Below, piece by piece: positions 37,710-49,569 of a stretch of DNA of 64,000 bases. The notes under the pieces are model-generated. The model had not been told where the DNA came from and did not search any database. It saw only the letters and a program-made list of their open reading frames with translations. The stretch is from Lama guanicoe (Eukaryota): contig MU056303.1 of assembly GCA_013239625.1 (NCBI GenBank), positions 10,658,049-10,722,048 of the forward strand, given 5' to 3'. Position 1 is the first letter of the stretch. The number at the start of each line of letters is the position of its first letter. Position numbers and translations under genes: made by a program.

Positions 37710-38576
37710 AGCCACATGGAAAGATGCTCAACATCACTAATCAACAGGGAAATGCAAATCAAAGCCACAGTGAGATATCACCTCACACTTATCAGAATAG
37801 CTATCATCATCAAAAAGAATGCAAATGACACACGTTGGTGAGCATGTGGAGCAAAGGGAACCCTTGTACACTGTTGGGGGGAATGCAAATTGGTGACATG
37901 ACGCTGGGAAACAGTATAGAGGTTTCCCAAAAAACCTAAAAATAGAATTGCTACATGACCCAACAATTCCACTCCTGGGTATATGTATTTAAAAAAAAAA
38001 AGCACTAGTTGGAAAACATACATGCAACGCAATGCTCATAGCAGCATTATTTACAACTGTCAAGACATGGGAACAACCTCAGTGTGCATTAGCAGGTGAC
38101 TGGATATATATCACAGTATATAGATATACACACATGCATACAGTGGAATACTAATCAGCAATGAAAAAGAACAAAATGTTGCCATTTGCTAAAACATGGA
38201 CTTGGAGGGTGTTTTGCAAAGTGAAATAAGTTAGACGGAGAAAGACAAATAATTTGTGATACAACTTACACATGGACGCTGAAATACAATGAACTCGTGA
38301 CTATTACAAAACAGAAACAAACGCACAGGTATAGAAAACGAACTAGTGGCTACCAATGGGGAAAGGGGAGGAGGGAGAGGCAGTTTGGGAGGTGGGGATT
38401 AAGAGGTACCAACTATTATGCATAGAATAAACTACAAAGATATATTATACAACACAGGGAGTATAACCAATATTTCATAATAACTAAATGGAGTATAACC
38501 TTTAAAAATTGTGAATGACCATATTGGACAACTGTAACATATAATATTGTACATCAATTATACTTCAATTAAAAAA
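37710..38576 (+). mobile_element. L1 3' portion (ORF2 C-terminus plus 3' UTR)
   Basis: aagatgctcaacatcactaatcaacagggaaatgcaaatcaaagccacagtgagatatcacctcacac encodes RCSTSLINREMQIKATVRYHLT; ends cttcaattaaaaaa. Confidence 0.92.
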
Positions 38577-38581
38577 GAAGA

Positions 38582-38810
38582 GATTAGGAGTTTGGGATTC
38601 ACATATAAACATTACTGTACACAAACTAGATAAACAACAAGGACCTACCGTATAGCACGGGAACTATATTCAATATCTTGTAATAACCTATAATGGAAAA
38701 GAATCTGAAAATGCATATACATGTATATGTGTAACTGAATCACTTTACTGAGTACCTGAAACTAATATAACATTGTAAATTAACTATGTTTCAATCAAAA
38801 TGGTTACTTA
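38582..38810 (+). mobile_element. Second short L1 3' end inserted into the tail of the previous L1
   Basis: ttaggagtttgggatt...aaggacctaccgtatagcac...gaatcactt...; TSD aaaaaagaaga at 38571-38581 and 38811-38821. Confidence 0.85.
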
Positions 38811-39209
38811 AAAAAAGAAGAAGAAGGAAAGAAAGCTATTAATTTCTGGCCCCATGTGAGACCGCTAAGCCGGAATCTCCATGGGTGTGGTCCCGGCGTT
38901 GGTGGCTATTTCAGGGCTCCCCAGGAGATGCTGATGTGCGTGGTGTGTGAGCCAGAGGCTTGGAGGACACCATCTCCAGCCCATCCAATGCTGCATCTTG
39001 ACTGCGCCTTCTTAGTGCCACGTAAGGGCTGTCTTTTGATCCATGTATTCTCTTTTCTCTTGCTGCCATCACCCTACACCCCAACCTCATTTAAATACCA
39101 AATGAGATCAGTTCAAACAAACCATATTTGTTAAGTCAGTCATGGACCCATCAGGAGCACTGGCTGACCCTTTCCCATCTGGTGCTTTTCTCTTACCGAC
39201 GTAGCCCAG

Positions 39210-39330
39210 ATAAGAAATGACGACCTGCATTTTCAAACCAGAGATGTTATAAATAGGAAAGTCCATCCTCACAAGCATTCTTTTTTTTATAACGAAGACG
39301 AAAATGTTGTAATGAACTTTGGCAGAACAC
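39210..39330. promoter_or_regulatory. Candidate enhancer with consensus MEF2 site
   Basis: TTATAAATAG (39247-39256) fits YTAWWWWTAR; AT-rich non-repeat context. Confidence 0.25.
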
Positions 39331-39849
39331 GTATGTCCCCTCCCCTCTTCACGCTCGATGGCTGGGGTGGGAACCTGGAGCTAACCCATCATTTCACTCT
39401 GTCGGCTGGCAGGACACACAGACTCTAAATTTAAACCCAATATGTCTTCCTGTATGCTTGAAATTTTGTTTTTTGGACTGTCTGACTGCATGGGATGGAA
39501 GTTTGGATTGTGAGCACTAGACTGGGTGGCGACTGGGGCTCTCTGTCACGGCCTGTGGAAGAGGGTGGATCACAGCCCCCAGAAGAGGGAGTTTGGTCTC
39601 CATGGAAACCTGACTTGGGTGCACAAAGACCTCAGCTCATGTCCTGCATCTGCCCTGCGACACCCTCTCATCTGCTCTTTCAGGCTACCATCCTCTGAGC
39701 TCCAGCACGGACTACCTGCAGCCTAAATTCTGCTCTGATCTCTGTCACAATGGTGCCTTAATCACCCAGCACTCTGACCTCTTGGAAAGCAGGGTCTCAT
39801 TTGATGCTGGCTTGCATTATCCTCTCATTATTTTATGAGTGTGGAAGGT

Positions 39850-40045
39850 ACATAGAGATGTAGAATCAGAGGTGAGGTCTTAGTCTCATTCCATTTAATG
39901 GCCCTCCAACCTTGGACACATCACTTAACCCCGTTGATCCTTAGTGTCCTTCTCTGAATAATGGGAAGAATGGGATTGTGGGCACACTCAGTGTATGATG
40001 CTATATACAGTGTCTGGCATGTATTGGCTATTCATTGTGCTTGTT
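39850..40045 (+). mobile_element. MIR SINE
   Basis: accttggacacatcacttaacc...cttagtgtccttctctgaataatggg...acagtgtctggcatgta. Confidence 0.65.
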
Positions 40046-40610
40046 AACTCTCTCCCCAATTTCCTTACCACTGTTAAGACAATCAAATGTGAAGACTTCA
40101 TGCAAGGTGCCATACTCACGCTCTGATTCCTACTAGGCCATTATTCTCCTGAGCTACATCTGGAGACTGGGGCCATTTACCCTTCTGTACTAGACCATGA
40201 AGCACACCTGCTTTGCCTTCTCTCAGACCTCACCATAGGAGTATCAAACAGCAATTCTTCTCCATCCTCTGCCCTTCCAAAGCCTTGCCCTCTTTATGGG
40301 GCCTCATTCAAGTCCAGCCTTCTAGGAAGACAGCCTGAGATTCTGTGATCTTGAAGCTGGTAAGGGAAGGACTACTTTCAGGTCCCTGCAGGGAGGTATC
40401 ATGGTCACCCCACCCTCGAGGGTCAACTTACCTCCAGCTGTTTAAGTTTGCTCAGGCCATCTGCCCTTGGCTCTGCTGTCTAAGTTGAAGGATCCTCCTT
40501 CTTTATCTTCCCAAAGCCCACTCATCTTCCAGGACCCAGGCCCATCCCTGCTTCCTTCAGAACCTGCTCCCACCCCTGTAACGACTTTGACCTCCCTCAC
40601 ACTTACCATC

Positions 40611-41035
40611 TGTGATGCTCACATACTGGTCCCTCTTCTCCTGGCCTCTCCACCTCTGCCCTACCCTGTTTTGTGCTGGGAGGCAGACCTGCATGGACTC
40701 CTTTCCCTTTGGCTTCAGGCTGCGTTTAACCAATGGGATGAACCAACAGAAGACCCAAGGGTGCGGGCAGGCTGAGCTGGGAGTACCTGTTCTCTGGGGG
40801 CTGCCTCTGGTTGCTACAGCTCTTGCTAAGTGGACCTTCCCACACAGCTGTCCTCTCTGCCTTCTCAGCATCGCCTTCCCTGGCCTCTTCAGGCCTAGGG
40901 CAGTGGTGCCCATTATCCCTTGTGGCTTTTGCTGAACAATTCCCACATATTTTAAAACCATACTCTCATTAAACTCTCCTCAATTATCCAGCTTGAGTGT
41001 GCCATCTGTTTCCTGCTGAGACCCTGACTATTATG
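40611..41035 (+). mobile_element. ERVL solo LTR (LTR33-like)
   Basis: ggcttcaggctgcgtttaaccaatggg...cattaaactctcctcaatta...gagtgtgccatctgtttcctgctgagaccctgact. Confidence 0.85.
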
Positions 41036-41644
41036 GCTTCTGATGGTGCAGTAACTGATTTAACACTCTGGTATCTATTGTTTTATATCATCCTTCCGTT
41101 GTTTACCTTATGGACGTCAGGGTTAGGGTCTACAGGGAAGACATGATTATCATCTAGCTTTTTTGGTGACCTCAAACTTGGCACAGTGCTGGCCTCACGC
41201 TGGGCATGAAGCAAGTGCCCACAGAATTACCCGAGAGAAAGACTGCAGTGTACATGGATTTCTAACTCCCCTTCTTCAGTCTCTGCCCTAGGTCTGTGGG
41301 TATAGTGGCTGCCTCGGAAGAGAAGTTCAGAGTCAGGTGGTAGGGAAGCCCAGACTTGGAAACTGAGCTCACACTTTGGGAGAAGATGAGCACCAGAGCA
41401 AGACCCCTTGTGACTTGAAAGTCCAGGCAGGCCAAACTTCATCCCCAGAGAGCACCGGGGTCAGCCCTGCGTGATGAAGCACGGTCTGGGGGGCTTGGCA
41501 GGGCAGGAGGTGGCGCTGCGTCTCCTGGTGTGCAGGTAGGTGGGGCCTGGTGAGGGGGTGTCTGGTGTCAGGCAAGGCAGAGATGTGTGACTGTGAGATG
41601 AGAAGCCACCTGAATGAGAAGGGATGTTAGCATCATCCTGTCCT

Positions 41645-41953
41645 GCGTGGCCCAACCTGGCAGCCACTTACACATGCGGCTACTGAGTGCTTGAAATGCG
41701 GCTCGTCTGAACTGCGTGTGCTGCGGGTGTCAAATACACACCAGGTTTCAAACTTAGTATGAAAAACAAAGTGTAAAATAATCTCATTAAGAAGATTTTA
41801 TATTCGTTATATGTTGAAATGATGATATATACTGCATTCAATGAAATAAACTTTTACATTTAACTTCATACACTTCTTTTTACTTTTTTAATGTGGCGAC
41901 CAGAAAATTTGAAATTACGTGTCTCATGTCGTGTTTCTATTGGGCAGTGTTTC
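41645..41953. mobile_element. hAT-Charlie MITE (MER33-like)
   Basis: gcagccacttacacatgcggctactgagtgcttgaaatgcggct...aatgtggcgaccagaaaatttgaaattac...tttctattgggcagtg. Confidence 0.85.
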
Positions 41954-41959
41954 TTTGGT

Positions 41960-42040
41960 CCACCCTTCTCATTTTACAGATGAGAAGCCCCGGGCTCAGA
42001 GAAGGGAAGAGAGTTTCAGGGCCACTTACGCAGCGGGGAT
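41960..42040 (-). mobile_element. MIR core
   Basis: ctcattttacagatgagaagccccgggctcagagaaggg. Confidence 0.7.
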
Positions 42041-42939
42041 CAAGGAGGGAAAGCTGGGACCGTCACAGGGTCGTTTCGCCGCATTGATTGTTGCATAAAC
42101 GGTGGGTGGGTGGATGGAGAGAGGGCACAGTCCTGGTGGCCTGACCCCAAAGAGCTGAAACCAGCGGTCTGGTCTTGACCTTGCATACATGAACGGAGGC
42201 CTAGGACCTTTCTCGGAGGGAGCTGTGTGCCCCTGCCTGGGAGGGCCATCCCCCTGGAGGAATGTCTCTGTGGTAGACTCTTGTCCCTGTGGGACAGGGA
42301 GGAGTCCCCTGCACACATGCCCTTGGCCCAGGCAGCCTGGTCAGGACCTGACAAAATAACTGAAAGGCGGTTTAGAGAGAGCTCTCCCCAGTAGCCGCCA
42401 CTATCACATTCATGTTAACCAAGACTTCCCAGCCATTGGGGGGAGCCCCGAAAAGCCGGGGGCCTCGCTAACATTTGGGCTGATTCTGCAAGTATTTCTT
42501 GAATGTGTCCTCTGTAGCCAGGCCAAGAAAAGGAAAGACACAGTTCCTGGGTGTGGCACAAGACAGCCCTTTATCCATGAAACGACTGCAGAACAATGAC
42601 AGAGAGCAAAGGGTAAGCCCCAGGGGGCTAGCGCAGCCTGCAGGTGAGATGCTGCGGCGGGGCGGTGGGGAGGTGCTGCTGTGGTTATGAACTGGCATCG
42701 CGCCCTCATATGGCCTGAGTTCTGCGCTGACCATCCAGTGAGTGATCTGCGCAGATTGCTCTCTCTCCCATCTCCTTGGCCTCATTTGCTCAGTTGGACA
42801 ACTCCGGCCTTCTGGTTCCCGCTCTCCGGCCGTGGTGGGTGTGACGAGAGTACTGCACGTGGCCGGGACCCGGGGGCTCAGGGCCGCTGAGGACAGGGAG
42901 TGAGGGGGAGCAGCTGAAGGGGGCCCGCGGGGGAGGCTG

Positions 42940-43055
42940 GTCGGATCATTTATCTTCCAAAATGGAGTGCTTCTGAGGGTGAAAGGGGATGCTATTAATA
43001 TTAAAATCGGGACAAGAGATGGCGAGGAGGTTGTTCTATGTAACTAGGACGTGTG
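42940..43055. mobile_element. hAT MITE fragment (MER96B-like)
   Basis: tgagggtgaaaggggatgctattaatattaaaatcgggacaa. Confidence 0.4.
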
Positions 43056-44532
43056 AGACTCCACTGGGAAGAGGCCGGAAGACACAGCTAAGACCAAAGT
43101 CCAGTCTGGCTCGGGGATGGCCAGCAGCAGAGGAAAGGCTTTGCACTAGAGGTTGGAGGGCAGAGGATGGAGGGCTACAGTTAGGTAGGGATCAAAGCAG
43201 GAAGGAATTTTGGGACAGCAGTGACTTAGAGGCATGACACCAGTAGTGATGGAGTGTTTGGCCTGGGGCCTGGTTGTCCTGGACACCTACATCCTGGGGT
43301 TATGGGGAATTTAAAATGAGAATGTGCAGGAGATGTGAAATCAGGTACCCAGCAAGGCAATTCCAGTCTCATTACTGATCACAGGTGAACAATTCAGGTG
43401 GGTGTCCCTGGGCTGCCTCTGGAGGAAAGCCTGCCTTTAAGAACCCCATATGGGAGTCCAAGAATGCTGCCTGAGTGAGGCCACCGTCACTGGCCTCAGG
43501 GTGAAGGTCATCAAACTGCTGGGCCCTTGGGAGCTCCCTGGACCTCCAGCCCTGCCCCCACCCCAACAATGGCCCTGTTGAGCCAGCTGGCTCCTTGGCA
43601 GTAGGAAGTCCTTGGTCTAAGCCCCACACATGAAGAGAGCTTCAGAAAAGGTGCCCCCGTGACCCCGAGCCGGGGAGCTCAAAGGGGTCCATTCTTCGTG
43701 GCCGTGGGGCTGGGGTGGGCGGGAACGGTCTTGTGGCTTTGACCCCAGGAAACCATGACTGGCCCAGTGTTCCTGCCTTTGCCCTGCGGCTCTCTTGGTT
43801 CCATCTGCTGACCTCATGGGATTGTCCTTCGAGTCTGCCTTGGCTGCAGGGCACGGCCGGGGAGACAGGGCCTTTCTTCCCTCCCTGCAGCCCTGGCGGG
43901 TGGGGTCTGGCCCTGGTGGGCGCTGAATCTCTCCCGCTGCCTCCCTGCGCAGACCCCGTGTCCCTCTTCCCCTGCGCGTCTTCCTCCCAGCCTCTCACTG
44001 GGGCCCGCAGGGGTTTTAGGAAAAACACAGCCGGGCCTCCCGCCAGGTAAAGTGGTAAAACCATCTCTTCTTCCCAGGCCCCAGGGACGGGTCTGTGCGC
44101 TCTTCTATTCTCCGGCGGCCACCACCCACCCTGTGCGCCGGGACACCACTTCACAAGCTCCGTTAACAACAGACGTCGTCACAGGCACCGGGGGACCAGT
44201 CCTCGCCCACGGGGAGCGATGGGTTTCCTCCCAGGCAGATTCGCAAGCAGAGCCTTTCAGCCTTTCTCCGATGTCTGTAAGCAGACCCAGAGGGCTTGTA
44301 CTTTAGAGCCCGCTCTGATATGAAGGTGCGTAAACTCCGTGAAGTCGCACAGCGAAAGAGGTCTTTGGTCGATCTTCCAGGCCCCATTCTTCTCTGTCGT
44401 GAAACGGACGCAGGTCTGGACATCTTTCTCACAGTGTCTCTTTCCCTAGTTGGCCCCATGGGAAAATCTCTGAATCCTTCCATCATTCACCGAGCCCAGC
44501 CAGCCTGCCTTCCCCTCTGGGAGGCAACCTCA

Positions 44533-45050
44533 TGTTTTAAGGATGCTTGGAATTTGCTTGAAGCAGGTGTGGTAAGACACACAGACCCAGAAGTGACTGT
44601 CACGAAGGAAGAAGTTGTTTGTACTCACGGATCCCTGGAAACAGGAGGCAGGCAATGCAGGGGGGCCGCACGGGGAAGCACCGGGGTGGGTCAGGAGGCC
44701 GAGGGGGAGGGGAACTCTGGGCAGAGTCTGCAGGACTCTGTGGTTTCTGCAGGAAGGAACTGGCGAAAGAGTTAGGTAAGCAGGTTTAGGATTGGTTAGT
44801 TCAATAATTTCAGCAGGCTCTGGGGCACACGTGCTGTCGCAAGTCATCTGAGCCCGGCCTTGGGGTGATTACGACGGGGAGATAGCGGCCCTAGTGGAGG
44901 GTAAGAACTTAATAAAGGAGGAGTTTGGGGGTGTGGGCCCTAGATTGCGTGGTTTCTCTCTCTAGGAAGGGACAGCACGGGAGGGACAGCAGTGTCAGCA
45001 AGGCCACAAGATCAAGACATCAAGGAGAGATGTTAGAAAGTATAATTTTT
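44533..45050 (-). mobile_element. ERVL solo LTR, MER74 family
   Basis: cacggggaagcaccggggtgggtcaggagg...gtaagcaggtttaggattggttagttcaataatttcagcaggctctgggg matches the MER74 reverse complement. Confidence 0.8.
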
Positions 45051-45599
45051 ATCACTCATCTTTTTGCAAAATTCTGTAGAAATTCAAGCCACTCTGCTGT
45101 GTTACCTTCAACAATACCTTTTCTCCTCCTTTCGAAATCAAGTCCTCTTCCAGGCAGTCCTCTCTCATCCCACCCCCGGCCCCCCCCAGATGGAATGGTT
45201 CCCTTCACTCCTAGACTCTGCCTGTCCCTCTGTGGTGCCTGCTGTCCTGTGCCAGGGCTTGGGGTTAGCTGCGTTCATGCTGGCCTCTCCCTGGGAGACA
45301 CGAGCTGCTCGAGGGGTCACTTCTCCCAGGCCTTGCAGTGCCTGCAGACAGGATGGAGGTGGGGCCCTGACTGAGCACGGACTGTGGGCTGTTTGGACAT
45401 CTCCAAACTCAAGGGAGTCATTTGCATCTCAGGGAACTCTGGACAGTGTCTGCTGCCCAGGTGTCCCTCATGAGAAGGGACATGATGTGTGAGGACCCAG
45501 CTGGACACCTCTGTTCTCATTCCTGACACCACAGGTGGGCATTTTTGTGGGTGTGCCCTGGCTGCCGGCAGATGGTGCCTGGAGCAAGTCTTATTCTAA

Positions 45600-45740
45600 T
45601 GCTCATGAGCTCTCGGGGGTCCTTCGACCCCTGAACACTCACAGAGCATATGCATGTGCATTTTCCCAGGAGAGGAGACCCAGGGCGCTCATCAGATTTT
45701 AGAATTGCTCCAAACTGGGAACAGGTTAAGTGCTTAGAAC
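45600..45740. mobile_element. hAT-Charlie MITE fragment (MER117-like)
   Basis: cattttcccaggagagg...tcatcagatttt...aggttaag. Confidence 0.4.
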
Positions 45741-46254
45741 AGATGGTCCCTGCCAAGACTGTGGCCTGGGGCTGGTGTCTGGAAGCCTTCCGCCGCCGGT
45801 CTCCGGGTCAAACCTGCTGGACGCCTGTTCCTCATGGCGTCCTGCCTCATGCCCTTCCTCTTCCCATCGTTGGGCCGTCTTGGCCCCCTTGCCGGGCAGT
45901 ATCTCTGCATCTCCCAGACTGATCCTGATCACAGGGTGGGCCTGATGTAAATCATTCCAGATCACCATCCTTGTGGCTGATGGGGCTCTGAGCTGGTGTC
46001 CCCTGTTACTCCTTGTGCCAAAGCCCCAGCCAGGGAACTTCTCTGGTGCTCCAAGCACTCCAGAGTAGGGCAACCTGCCTGCGCCCTCACCTCCCCCCAC
46101 CACAGCGAGGGGGCCGCTGGGAGACTTTGCAGATGCCAACGGTTACAGCAATGGCAGCAGCAACAGCCGCCTTTCCTGTTGTTATTACTGTTATTGGCAA
46201 TAATATCAATGGCACTACCAACGAGAGCCACGGTGGCAGCCGGCGCCGCCCACA

Positions 46255-46490
46255 GCTGACTCTGCCAGGTGCTTCCCACGTCTTCATTCTCTCGTTTGAT
46301 TTTCGCAACAACCCTCTGGGACCAGGAACTTTGAACTTGCCCATCTCCATTATACAGAAGGAAACTGAGACACAGAGAAGTTAAGTTACTCACCTGAGGT
46401 CACACAGCTAGTAAACACAGAGCCAGAGTTCAGACCCAAGTGTGCCCCACTCCCAAATTCACAGCTGTGGTCCCAATACCATGCTGCTGG
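46255..46490 (-). mobile_element. MIR SINE (near full length)
   Basis: ccattatacagaaggaaactgagacacagagaagttaagttactcacctgaggtcacacagctagtaa...cagagccagagttcagacccaag. Confidence 0.9.
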
Positions 46491-46539
46491 TGGCCTAACT
46501 GACCCCAGGTCTGCGAGCATTGTTGTCCTAGGAGCATGC

Positions 46540-46612
46540 GTCCCTCGGGCCCCTCCCCATGGCACCTGGGGCTCGTGTCCCTCGGGCCCCTCCCCATGGC
46601 ACCTGGGGCTCG
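46540..46612. repeat. Perfect tandem duplication, 37-bp period
   Basis: gtccctcgggcccctccccatggcacctggggctcg at 46540-46575 and 46577-46612. Confidence 0.95.
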
Positions 46613-47774
46613 CTGTCCTTCTGCAGCAAAGCACTCATCACAAAGAATTGCCATCTCCTGCTTCTAGAGCGTGAGCAGGGCCTGGGTCTCTCTTGCTCTC
46701 TGCTGTAACCCCGGAGCCTGGGACAGTGCCTGCCACACAGCACCTGGGGCTCGGGCTCGCCTGGCTCTGTTGTGTGGTGCGGCCCCGGCTGTGGCCCACG
46801 CCCCACTGCCAGTGTGCAGCGTGCAGTTGGCAGGCCGCCCTGCCCCGCCAGCTTCATGCACGCACCCCCCACCCCTGCTTAACACCCCCTGTTCTGCTGC
46901 CCCAGGCGAGGCTGGGAGGGAAGGGAGGCGAGGATGGCAGCGTTCAGAGCGTGTCATCGGCGACCCCTCTCCCAGCTCGGGTGCCAGACCTCAATGGGAA
47001 GTGACACCTTCTCGTGCGTCTTGACCTCTCCCTCCCCACTTCCCCGGGGACTCACGGCCCAGAAGCTGATTGGGAAGGACAGGCCTAGTTTGACTGGAAC
47101 AAATCTGGCAGGGAAAGGGCACACGCAGCCCCTCCCTGCCGGGACACAGGCCGGCCCTGGCTGGTGGGGCTGTTCTGACAAAGACAGCCTAGGCCAGCCA
47201 GTCTCGGGGTTACTGACCGGGACCAGCAGGGGCCTCTCTGTTTGGGCGTGGGCTCCAAGGGCGTGGCTGCCTCTCCAGTTTCCTATTCTGGTGTTCTTCT
47301 CTCCTCCTGGAGACCTGGGGGGCTGGGGCCTCTGGGTTCCTAACCTGTCTAAATCCCAGGTTCCAGGATGGAGGGCATGGATGCTCTTGCCCCAAGTGTC
47401 AGCTTTTCGGAGCTGTGGGAACATCACTGGAGGCTTCATCCCAGTATATTCCTAGATTGAAGCAGGTGCACCGTCTGAAGCCAGACTCAAAGGGGTCTTT
47501 GTGAGAAGAGGCGTCAGGAGGTCCAGGCAGGCAGAGCCGTGTCAGGGAGGGTGGACATATACGGAGAGGGTGAGTCTGGGGGACTTTCTGAGCTGAATCA
47601 GAGGTGACTCTGGGGTCTTTAAAACCACGCTGCTAATCTGGATGTGCCCAAAGGCTATTTAAAGCGTCAGATTGGATCTAGCACCCACCACAGAACCATA
47701 ATCAGTATTTCCACCAGCTTGTCCTGGGATCTGACCTCTGTGCTTCAGAAAACCCCACTGCTCCTGTTGGTTCA

Positions 47775-48065
47775 CCTGTCAATCCACCAACCCATCAAGC
47801 AAGCATGTGTTGACCACCTGTGCGCCCAGCATCATCCGCAGCATACGCTGGCACTCCTGTGGGAGGGACGAGATGGATGAAGGGTGTGCTCACCAGCAGA
47901 CAGCGAACCGGCACAGGGCGTGACATGTGTGGGACAGAGTGGGGTGACACGCACTGGCGTGGAGGGAGTCAGAGAACGGAGGTGTCTGCCTGGGCTGGGG
48001 TGCTGGGGGAGGGGCCCACAGAAGGGTCCTGAAGGATGAGCTTCTGTGAACTGGACAGCTAAGAG
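47775..48065 (-). mobile_element. L2 fragment
   Basis: atcaagcaagcatgtgttgaccacctgtgcgcccagca...ggtcctgaaggatgag. Confidence 0.5.
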
Positions 48066-48290
48066 CCCCCAGTTGGTTGGATCATACCATGTGGCTCTGG
48101 TGTCACCAACACCTCTCTTCCAGCTCCATTCTGGACATGACCTGCCACCCTGGTGCCCACCCCAATGAAGATGATGGGCAGAGAGAGAAGACTGGACAGG
48201 GAGACCAGATGCCCAGGGTCTCTTTCCTGCCGTCCTCCCCTCCCTCCTATACGAGCCAGGCACCGTTCATCACAGTGAACATGAAACAAA

Positions 48291-48445
48291 CAGCTAGCAC
48301 GGGGAACTATATTCTAATTGGCCTAAAATGAAGAAGGATCTGAAAAGGAATATTTGTCTACGTATTTATAACCAAGTCACTGTGCTGTACACCCGAAATT
48401 AACACAACATTGCACAGACTGTACTTTGATGAAAGAAAAAAAATA
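48291..48445 (+). mobile_element. Very short artiodactyl-type L1 3' end within an L2 fragment
   Basis: tagcacggggaactatatt...gtcactgtgctgtacacccgaaattaacacaacattg; diverged TSD acagtgaacatgaaacaaa (48272-48290) / acagtaaatatgaggcaaa (48446-48464). Confidence 0.8.
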
Positions 48446-48507
48446 ACAGTAAATATGAGGCAAAACCACTGTCCTCACGGAGCTTGCATTAATCTTTGTC
48501 ACTGATT

Positions 48508-48580
48508 CCAGCCTTCAGTTTTTCATCTGTAAAATGAGACTATTTCTGCCTTCAAAGCTCGCAAAATCAGTGGAACTTAA
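48508..48580 (+). mobile_element. MIR core
   Basis: cttcagtttttcatctgtaaaatgag. Confidence 0.65.
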
Positions 48581-48637
48581 GCTGGGCTGGTCGCAGCTGT
48601 GGAAGGAAAGCAGACCTGGCCTCCCCTGGGGAGACAA

Positions 48638-48685
48638 ACCATCACCACCATCACCCCCATCGCCACCATCACCACCATCACCACC
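48638..48685. repeat. (CCATCACCA)n simple repeat
   Basis: About five imperfect 9-bp units. Confidence 0.85.
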
Positions 48686-48939
48686 GGCACAGAAAAGCAC
48701 CAGAACATCCCGGGCTGCCAGTGGGGCGACCCTCCCGTCCCCAGGTCCTGCTGGATGCTCCGCATCATCTGGGGCCTCCTCAGAGGCTCCCATCACATGC
48801 CTGCCTGCCTCCTGGGGTCCGCCACCCTTTCTTACTTTGCCCGAGGGCAGAACAGGAAGCCCTGTGCTGCCGGTGTGCTCAGGTGAGCCGCTGCACGAAC
48901 AGTTTCCAGTCCGTCGGCTCTCGTCCTTTGCTGGAGACG

Positions 48940-49200
48940 AAACACTGAAACAATTATTGTTTAATTTCAAGTGAAAGGAGCACTGAAGGAGATGCAGCGT
49001 GACCTTTTCTGTGTATGTATCTATAGATAGAGATATATAGACATTGCAATTTATTTCCCCAGGGAGAGAAGTGCCACCATGCTGCCAGCTGGGTTTGTGT
49101 TTGGAGCTGTGTTTGTGTACAAAGCTGTGTGTAATTGATTTCCCCAGGGACGATCAGCGAAGATGGCGCATCTGACTCCCTTAGAGGTTTCTTTTTCTTT
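48940..49200. promoter_or_regulatory. Candidate enhancer with twin EBF sites, SOX palindrome and YY1-like site
   Basis: TCCCCAGGGA at 49056-49065 and 49141-49150; AAACAATTATTGTTT at 48948-48962; AAGATGGCG at 49160-49168. Confidence 0.5.
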
Positions 49201-49569
49201 TTCTCTTTTTAGAATAAACCACCCCACCCTACCCCACCACCCCCTCCCCCGGAAGGACAATTGTCTCCTCCATCCAGCAGCCTCATTTGACTGGTGTCTT
49301 TGAGTCTCACAGTGCCTTGGCAGAAGGATTGGACTCTGGTCCCTGCCCATCCTCTGAGACCCCAGGTCACCCAGCGTCTTTCTGCTATAGTCCTGGGTGG
49401 GAGGGGATGATGGAAGGACACACAGTGCCAGGCTGAACCCTGCCTTTTCTCATCTTTCTTCCCGGGAGGCTCTGAGTGAAAGTTCTGTGCCTTTGCTGGA
49501 GCCTGAAATTAGGAAGAGAAGTCTTCGTGCTGCCTGCACCCCCTGCTCCCCAACACTCCTCCTCTTAAC

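Larger units (their letters stand above)
37655..38960. mobile_element. MER5A-like hAT MITE split by nested L1 insertions
   Basis: Left arm cagtgtttcccaactctggct (37655); right arm ggaatctccatgggtgtggtcccggc...gctccccaggagatgctgatgtgc (~38835-38960). Confidence 0.6.

Noticed and set aside
37082-37828. Longest ORF in the window (248 aa)
   Set aside because: Non-ATG start, no domain, and it runs through MER5A-like sequence into an out-of-frame L1; chance ORF
46540-46612. 37-bp direct repeat as CRISPR-like
   Set aside because: Two abutting copies, no spacers, mammalian DNA
48515-48974. ORFs with PPSPPS / GGDGGD repeats
   Set aside because: Translation of a (CCATCACCA)n simple repeat; the plus-strand ORF starts inside a MIR
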